A program made the position numbers and the translations under genes. A stretch of DNA of 58,359 nt, counting the filler, from Jimgerdemannia flammicorona (lineage: Eukaryota): assembly GCA_003990765.1 (NCBI GenBank). It is 3 parts of 3 records of this genome, joined end to end, with 100 filler letters (N's around TTAATTAATTAA, not from the genome) between each part and the next. Parts side by side here need not be neighbours in the genome. Positions count along the whole stretch, not along the records: positions 38,982 to 58,359 come from RBNJ01001953.1; 2 more parts are not named here. One strand, given 5' to 3'. The notes under the pieces were generated by a model. It made no database searches and had not been told where the DNA came from. It saw only the letters and a list, made by a program, of their open reading frames with translations. Of the stretch, positions 49,524 to 58,359 are shown piece by piece; the first letter of the stretch is position 1; every line of letters begins with the position of its first letter.

Positions 49524-50694
49524 AACAGACTTATATCCTGTGGATTTTTATTGGAAGGGATCTTAGACTATATAGGCCAAAACCCTCTCCCACCACCTAC
49601 CAAGCACTGCCCCCCCATTAACCTAGGCTAGCTATTGTCCAGTAGCTCAACCATGCTAGGCGCAGCAGGGCCGATTAGGCCCACACCTCATTCTGCATAC
49701 CATGCTCTCCCTACCACCAGGGGAAATCCAACCATATGCCAATGACTGAAAGTGCATGCCTGAGAACCCAACGTATGTATAAGGCCATGTTCAAGCTAAA
49801 TAGAATAGCCCCTACCACCTCAAAGAGAATGACAGGTAAAGAAAAAACCCTCATCAAAGCGCAATACAGTGGGTAAGGCCTGGTTCTCCCAGTCGAGGTG
49901 AGTAAAGGACTTATATGTGAGGCAGGAGGAAACTCCCAATACCCCACTACTCAAGCCTATGGGCCTCAATTACATTGCTGTATCAGCTCCTAGTTCTAGT
50001 TGAGTGCAGCCAAGATACCTGAAATGGGTAGCCTCAGGCCTCCTGATCCCCCTTGATAACTGGGGCCCAACCCTGCTGACTGTCAAAAGAAGCCGATAGT
50101 GACACCTATCACCTAACCATGCTGTACCAATCAAAAGGCCCTACTGAAGCAGTACCTGCCCCAGCCCTGATGATTGCCCCCAGTCTAGCACTCTACTGAT
50201 TCACCATTATCACCCTTCCTCCTATCTGTGATGGCCATCTCTCCTCCCATCCAGACAACACCTGAAAAACAGTCACCTATGCCAGAACTGCACTTGCTGG
50301 GAAGCTCGCCAAAGCCAGAGGGCCCCACCACAGACACCGAGGACCTGCAGGTAACCTATACTGAGTACTTAATGCCCAAGGTCAGCCGACTCCCTACGTA
50401 GCCCAAGATATACCAAGACAATAACTTGTTGGCAATGGCAAAAGGAAGAAGGTGCCACACCAAAATGGGTATACCCCAGACACAGCTGAAGGTACCAGAA
50501 TCCACAAAAAAGTGGAGAAAGCACTGATCCAACACTGATAAAGGGGCAACTCATTACCATTGCCCTCCTCCCACTATGCCTCTACAGATACAGCAAACCA
50601 ACCCAAGGTAGAGGGGGTAATAATAGGGGAAAGGGGACTTGGAAGGTCACCTACCAAACTATGTGACTGGTAAGATAGTGGAGAAAGGAGCATG
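49499..50694 (-). mobile_element. 1.2-kb poly(A)-tailed retroposed insertion in copia gag
   Basis: T25 at 49499-49523 and a 17-bp TSD TCTATGCAATCATTATA (49482-49498, 50695-50711). These are hallmarks of target-primed reverse transcription. Confidence 0.9.
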
Positions 50695-53600
50695 TCTATG
50701 CAATCATTATATATAAGTATCTATATCAAATCAATTTTATCTGAAATCTCAACTATTCAATCTTTAAATAAAGCCTAAGAAGAGCATTTGTAAATATACT
50801 AGTTATATTGATGATTTGGTAAATTAAGTAAATTCTCTCAGTATATCTACAGATTGCATTAGTAATAAAGATAAAGTTATAATACTTATAAAGAGACTTT
50901 CAGACATATATAATGTCATCATTACAGCCATACATGAGTATAGTACTCTTATAGACTATGTCTATATAATAATGAGCCTCATGAATGAGGAAATACATTA
51001 AGGAAATAGTACTGAAGACAATAATAATGAAAGGACATTCTATAGGTTCTATGAATGTGGTATCAAATGAGATCAAAGGCATGGTCAACAAAGTCAACAA
51101 ATCCAAACTCAAACTCAATAATATAACTATCAATCAACTAAGTATAATAGCTACTATAAATACTATAATAAGTATGAATATAAAAAACACTAATATTATT
51201 ATTAAAAAAATAAAAAAAAGTATAGAAATCAGTATTGGTAATATGGGAGCAACAGTGGGAACTATTGAGGAAAGTATAGAAATATAAACACTACTGAAAC
51301 TAATGAAAGCAGTAATCTATTTTTTGTATAAGCCACTAGTTCTACTAGTTCTATAGCCTCTATATTTATGAAATCTAGTTGGAAGGATGATAATTTTAAA
51401 CTAAAAAGTCTCACCAAATCTACTACTAGTTTCACCAGTATGAGATCTATAAGTAATTCCACTACTATCAAATTCACCAACTTATTATCTATAAGTACTA
51501 ATTAGTAAAATACTTTTGGACTGACAGAAAGTAATGATGTAAACACCACTAGCAATGTAGATAGAAAAACTGCCAACTATATGCCTAGTCATATATCTGG
51601 CAAATATACCAATATAGCTAATGATAATGATATATAGTTAATAGATTCTGGAGCCATGCAATACATGATGCTATATAGAGAATAGTTCTCTATATATCAA
51701 CTATTCAAACACCCTGTACCTATTAAGTTGGGAGATAATAATGTCATATATACTCAAGAAAAGAGAAATGTCAGTATATATCTCTACAGAAATATTATCA
51801 AGCCCACCACTACTCTTGCAGATATACTATATACTCTGGAGATAAGAAAGAACCTATGTATTCTCTATAGACAAAATGATGACCCATAGTAATAAAGAGA
51901 TATATATATTCAAAGAGTGTAATAGTATATGATTTACATGACAACAAGAGGTTAATGATAGCCTCAAAATATGATAATCTCTATATAATTAATAGTATAC
52001 TGAATAGTGTGAAAGTCTCTATATATATAATAACTATATCCAATATATTCAATATATGACATCAATACTTAGAACATATCAGTAAGATGAGCCTTAAATA
52101 AATGATAAGAGATAGATTCACCAATAGATTGCTGATACATATATATTTATATGATAACTTCTTCTATAAAGATTGTATAGTAAATAAAGCATCCTAGTAA
52201 TCATTTAAAGAATGATTAAAGTACATATTCAGAATCCTCAATCTTGTACATATGTACATATAGATATATATAGGCTAATGTATACTTTATTACACTCTGA
52301 TAAAAGGTATTTCCTTATATTTATTAATAATAATATATATAAAACATATGTATACTTTCTATCAGTGAAGAGTGAAGCTTTAGATAAATTTAAAGAATTC
52401 AAAGCAATTATTGAGAATAAGACAGGATATAGAATATATACTATATAATCAGATAATAGATATAAATATATCAATTATATATTTAAGTAGTTATTGATGA
52501 AATATGGCATAACTCATCAAATGATAGCTCTCTATATATCTCAGCAGAATGATATGGTCAAGTGATTTAACCATATGGCTATAGAAATAGTATATATAAT
52601 GATCAATGCTACTGGATTATTATATTCTTATTAAGCTAAAGCTATAAATACTATAGTATATATCTGCAACTAGTGCATATCTCAATTTTTAAGTAAGGAT
52701 TCCAGTAATAATAAGCATTCCAGAAATGATGATCTTATTTCTGAAGAATTATGGAGTGAATCCAAGCTGGACATATCTCATATATATATATTCAGATCTG
52801 ATATATATGTCTTCAATAAAGGTAATACTATTTAGGATAAATTTGAACTCAAGGCAGACAAACATATATTTCTTAAGTATTCTAGCAAAGCATACTGACT
52901 ATAGGATCTATGTAAGTAGCATATAGTCATTTTGTATAATATATAGTTCAGAGAAAAAGACTTAGAAATCTATATGGAAGTACTAGTCAAAACCTCTATA
53001 TCCCAGTCAGTGCAAATACAGAAACCAGCACAACTGTCATCTACCTCTCTAGTAGTCAATCAGAACTATTTTCAACTACTATATATACCTGAGCCTAAGT
53101 CAGAGATATCTAAGTCAAGAATAATGAAAATCAAAGATGATGACAGTAAATCCTTCAATGATGAGAGATTCTTTATAAAGAATAAATAAATTCAAAAGTA
53201 CTCCAATATTTGCTATGAAACTTGTTCTGATTTAAGAAGTTATTAGGATATACCAGTAAGTTCTAAATGACAGCAATAACAAAAGAACTATATGAGCTAT
53301 ACCAAAGTATATAAATGCATATATATCATGATATCTTCTGATGAGCCAAATACATACAATAAAGCCATAATCAATCCTGACAGTAAGAAATAGAAACAAG
53401 TAATAGATGAGGAATATGATTTACTTATTGAGAATAGTATATAAGATCTCATATCTCTTCTATCTAATTATTAGGCAATTAAATCCAAGTGGATATATAG
53501 GATAAAGTACAATATCAATGGTAATATAGAATAGTATAAAGCTCACTTCATTACCAAGAGTTATTTGTAAGATTACAGTATTGATTATAATAAAATATAT

Positions 53601-55246
53601 TTGCTAATATTTAAGCTTACTTCACTTAGAATACTCCTTGTGATTGGTATACTATATAATCTAGAAATTCATCAGATAGATGTTAAGACAGTCTTCCTGA
53701 ATAGTGATATAGATACTGAACTATATATTCATCAACTACAAGAATATGAACTATATAATAACTAGAATAGCAAGCTCATATATAGACTATATAAGGGATT
53801 ATATATATGATATCAAGTAAGCAGTATACTTATGGAATAAAGGAATTGATAAATATCTTAACAATGGATTCAAGTATTATAGTAGATAATTATATATATA
53901 TCTAGTATTGTAACAATAGTATAGTATTTATTAGTATATGGATTAATAATATCATTATTATAGCTAGTAAGAATAGACTTAACAGAGTAAAGAAAACTCT
54001 ATGCTGAGAATTCAAGATGACCAATATGGGTGATGTATTTTTTCTTCTGGAAATATCCATCATATATAATAGGAATACATATGCTATATATCTCTTATAA
54101 GCAATATATACTTAAATAATTCTTGAACACTTCAATATAAGTAATTGCAAGTCTATTAATACTCTAATGGAGACTTTTATGAAGTTAAGAAGACCAAACA
54201 CTATGCCCAAGGATGACAATAATATACCTACCAAAAACAGTACTAAAGAGAAAGATAATATTCCCTATTAATAAGTAGTCAGCTCTCTCATATATCTTAT
54301 ATTAGGAATGAGGCCTGATATATTCTATACCATCAATAAAGTGGTGCAGTATTGCTCATACTATAATAACTTGTATTAGATGACAATTAAGAGGATATTC
54401 AGATACTTAAAGGGATCAGCATATTATATACTTACATTGAGTGGTAGTGATATTAGATTAAGCAAGAGTAATGACAAAAATAATAGCATTTTGCTATCTG
54501 GTACATGTGATGTCAACTGGACTAGAGACTTAGATAACTGCTGGTCTATAACTAGATATCTCTTTTACATTGGTAAAGGATCTGTTATTTTATGATAAAT
54601 ATGCAAGTAGAGTTCTATAGTAATATTCTCAATATAGATAGAGTACTAGATATTGTCATTGGCAATAAAGAAAGCCATATATGTAGCTCTACAAACTACT
54701 AAAGGAGCTTGACTTCACTCAGAAAAACTCTATACTGATTAAGTAAGATAACTAATTAACAATAGTATTTGCTAAGAATCTGGTATACTATAGCAGAATG
54801 AAACATATTAATATACAGTATTATTTCATTTATAAATATATAGAAAACAGTACTATATATCTGGAATATATTTCTATATAATATATGATCACTGATTTAC
54901 TTACTAAAGCTCTTCCAAAGCTAAAGTTTGAATAATGTATTAAAGGAATAAGTCTTATATCAGTACTTGATTGATCATGGAATACTTTTTAGACTATTAA
55001 AAGCTTTATACTACATATATATCTATATGCATTAGTTATATCTCTTATCTATAAGTAAATAATATTATATTGCATTCTTCACATATAAGTGAGTTATGAT
55101 ACATTTCTACAGATATTACTGTGAATATTTCAGATATTTTGGAATACTTTTTGATCTGTAAAAATCTCTTAAATATAGAATTTTATATTTTAGTATTTGG
55201 GTTACATGTAGTTCTAGTTCTGCATTCTTTTTTTTAAATACATTTC

Positions 55247-55247
<1 letters not shown>

Positions 55248-55277
<30 letters not shown>
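55248..55277. repeat. (TA)n microsatellite
   Basis: Run of TA dinucleotides read directly. Confidence 0.9.
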
Positions 55278-57250
55278 CTCATTGAGCAGGAGTATTGGAA
55301 TGACAACTCAATATATCAATATATAATTGATGATTTCATTAGTCTTATATCATCCATCAGTAATACATGAAATATACATCCTATGTAAGTTTAATAAAAA
55401 TACTCCTCTTTCTAACAGTTATCTCTAATTATCTATAATGTATTAATTCTATTAGTATATAGTTTTATTACATCTAGAGATAGTATTGAACTCATCAAAA
55501 ATTAGATAAAGTAGAAGAATTTGTTACTACATTTAGTAGAAGATATTAAAGAGAAGTAAAGCTATCTCCATAATAGCTGTTTTATATTCTTTCTATTTAT
55601 CTTGATCAATTTTTGATTTAAAATTATTGAGAGAAATAATACAGTAATATATTATATCAGTATAAGTTAATATATAGTCAGCTGATATATAAGATCTAGT
55701 TTCAGCTTGAGCCTTGCCATATAATTTAGCTCACTGAACTTTGAATACCTTATTGAAAATATCTGTCAAAATATAACTTGTCTGATTTCTTAACATTTCT
55801 CTCTGGATTTCTAGAATGTTGTCCTGAATTTTGGTCAGGGGTTTCAATTGGTTCGGTTTTAGATGAACCCCATTTTCTTTGACATGATGAATGATGAATT
55901 TGCCCTGGTGCAGATCAGCACCAATGCTGGGGGGTAATGGGTTTTGACCTGGTGTCTTTCCTAGATAATAAGTGGCGGAAGTTGTCATTGTGACAAGTCA
56001 CATGGCTTTTTGCGAGAAGTTGGATAAATTTGGCCATTGTTGAGAGATCAAGTGCTCTATAAATATTATTTCTATTCACAACTAACCTAACTGTAACATT
56101 ATCTCTCATGACTTCGGATGGCTGAGTCGAGAACGAATTCAATGTAATCGAACGCGTCGCCGAGACTCAATTTGTGACTCCAAGGATAATATATAAAATC
56201 GCTCACCCCTGAATCAAGTATACCCAGTCAAGTGAATAATGGACCCCGAGACCGTGACCGCGACCAGGACCGAAACCACCACCAGCATCAGCACCGTGAG
56301 GATAAACGGAACGACGGAGATATTTTAGACCTACATTCGAAAGATACCCATGGGCCCGCAGAAAAAAGCCAAGGCGCGCGTTACCAAAGTCAACAGTTGA
56401 CATATTCATACCAACCATGAAATTTGAAAAGTAATATAACTGAGCATTGTTATATAGTCATTGCACCAACCTATACGAGTGCATCCAAACCCGTTCCGGA
56501 CAGCATGGCAGAGTATTTCAGAATCAATATATTTTACAGTTTTATCGGAGGCGATCATTACGTAGTTGAGCTATGTAACTACCTAATGGTATATACCAAG
56601 ATCGTAGTTAGGTTCTCTATACATATTTGTTGTACTGTAGAGAATATACAATCCCGAACTAAGTAGAAGAAGAAAACCTCCCGCAACCAACAATAGAGCC
56701 ATCATTGTCATGCAAGGTGACTGTTGTCGGCTCTTGATCATTATTATGCATTTCGATAATGTGGCTTATATGTAACTACGTCATCTTTTGAGCTACGTCA
56801 CTCGACGCGTAAAAACGCGAGCAATCAATAAACAACGCTCGTCCCTCTACTCCCCACTCCATATTCCCAACTAAGTTCACAACATGCTTATATTGTATTG
56901 CCTTAGGTGTAAGGATAGTTGCTTGCCGAGGATCGTGGCGCCGGGCCGCAGCACATGCATATGAGATTGCATGCCTCGATCCAAACCACCGAGTTTTGGG
57001 GGCTGGGGAATGAATATGCTTTCCCCGCGGGCCCCATTGTGGTCCCCGCATTGGCGTGGAGGCGCTTCGCACACAGTCCGGGCATTGTTTATATATGTTC
57101 TTAGGAGTTAAGGTACTTTCGACGGATGGCTGTGATGCGTCATTCGTACGGGTATTAGGCTACGATGCTTTGAAGGCATAGGGAGAGAAACCGCTCCTAT
57201 GTAGTGTTGTCCGATCGATGAAATCGTCCGCTACTGCCATAGGCTCTGGG

Positions 57251-57442
57251 TCAATGGGCCGTAGCACATGCATATGGTTGCATGCCTTGATCCAAACCAC
57301 CGGGTCTTGGAGGCTGCGAAGCTTGAATATCCAACAATTGACCAGTTTCGGTAATTGTGTCATGTTCCAACTTGAGGTGGCGAGAAAGAATGTCAAAGCT
57401 GGCGAAGAGCTGTGGGCAAGATGGGAATGGGCATTGATCCAT
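57251..57442 (-). CDS. Small C2H2 zinc-finger ORF or gene fragment
   Basis: CPFPSCPQLFASFDILSRHLKLEH fits C-x4-C-x3-F-x5-L-x2-H-x4-H. It may be a pseudogene. Confidence 0.55.
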   Translation of the reverse strand: MDQCPFPSCPQLFASFDILSRHLKLEHDTITETGQLLDIQASQPPRPGGLDQGMQPYACATAH

Positions 57443-58359
57443 AGAACACGCGAATCTATATTCTCAGACTTAAAGTTTCGGTGACGTCTATTTGCGTCCA
57501 AAGGGAGTTTTTTTTTTCAACGTATATTTCTGAAGCGAAGCCGACCTTTATCGCTTGCACATTAATCTCCTTGTTCTACTCCTATTGCTCTTCGTGCAAG
57601 TCCCCCTCTAGTTGAGGTGAATAGACCTCAATCATTTGGACAGGAGGTTCCTACATGCGAACTTGGCTCAAGGGATCTTTGAATGACGCTGACTGCTGGA
57701 CCCGCCTGATTGCAAACCAGCTTCAGGCCCCACTCACCGAGCTTGATTCTTCTTTTGGGGGGTATTTTGTATTTGTATTTGGTCTGGTGAGCCAGCTCAT
57801 TTAACATGTCGTAGGAATACCGGCTGCGTTAAAATTAATCAAAAAGTTAATATCTACTCCTTTGGTACAAAACCCATCTACATAATTACCTCACAAAGGT
57901 TTGATTGATCAAACAGCCGGTATGGATGGTTTCGATGAACAATGATCTGACTGAAGGTGTGGTGAATTTGTAACCCATACAAGACAGGAAAGGCATTAAG
58001 AACGAATACCTTTGCCCGGGGACCCAGGGATTGCATTTACGAACCGATCTCCGAAACCGCGGTAAGAATGACATCAAGCCATTAACGATGGCAGCTGGCA
58101 ATAAATTTTGTAACAATAAATGAGAAAATAAACAAAGTGATCCACTTTGTCAAAAGCCCTATCATCACATCGCAACCCCCACAAACTGCTCCTGTAAAAA
58201 CGCCCACTCGTCTAGCTCAACTTCGCATTATGTCATCCAGCACCTATGTCCTCTCTGTCGCCGTCGCCCGCGGTACAACCCTGTATGCGTATCCACCCCT
58301 GAACGTGTCGAATTGCGGCAACAACTGTTCTTCTTTTGGCATATCGACCCCTCCCCCCC

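Larger units (their letters stand above)
49115..55417 (+). mobile_element. Ty1/copia retrotransposon, heavily mutated; 5' LTR not seen
   Basis: Gag FDGKDYTIW. Protease IDSGA near 51640. Integrase VHIDI and KSEALDKFKEFK. RT HQIDVKTVFLN. RNase H CDVNW, KHINIQY and DLLTKAL. Order PR-IN-RT-RH. PPT-like GAGCAGGAG then a probable short LTR TATTGG...CTAACA (55293-55417). Confidence 0.9.

Noticed and set aside
55731..56420. Short minus-strand ORFs
   Set aside because: No recognisable domain and the frames are broken, so it is left uncalled.

Overview
This is eukaryotic DNA, most likely fungal: GT-AG introns and a kinase with an HRDLHxGN catalytic loop suggest Mucoromycota/Endogonales-like origin (inference). 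The window is three contigs joined by artificial N-TTAATTAATTAA-N linkers (19399-19498, 38882-38981). Most of it is nested, C-to-T hypermutated transposon remains: a full-length dUTPase-bearing Ty3/gypsy element (2087-10888, 4-bp TSD) plus two related partial copies, solo LTRs of a second family, a DIRS-type element, L1/Tx1-type LINEs, a Ty1/copia element, a Tc1 remnant and hAT-type MITEs. A CpG-normal island (about 19.5-33.5 kb) holds a kinase-LRR gene with one 84-bp exon per repeat and decayed copies of cystathionine beta-synthase, dihydroxyacetone kinase and a Ser/Thr kinase. The main finding is that both LTR families carry a long reading frame starting at the first LTR base. In the full element this frame begins upstream of the PPT and runs through U3, as nef and sag do in retroviruses. 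The two reconstructed proteins look homologous although I see no DNA similarity between the LTRs. The repeats also show RIP-like CpA/TpG mutation in addition to CpG loss. All alignments were done by eye; no database searches were run.
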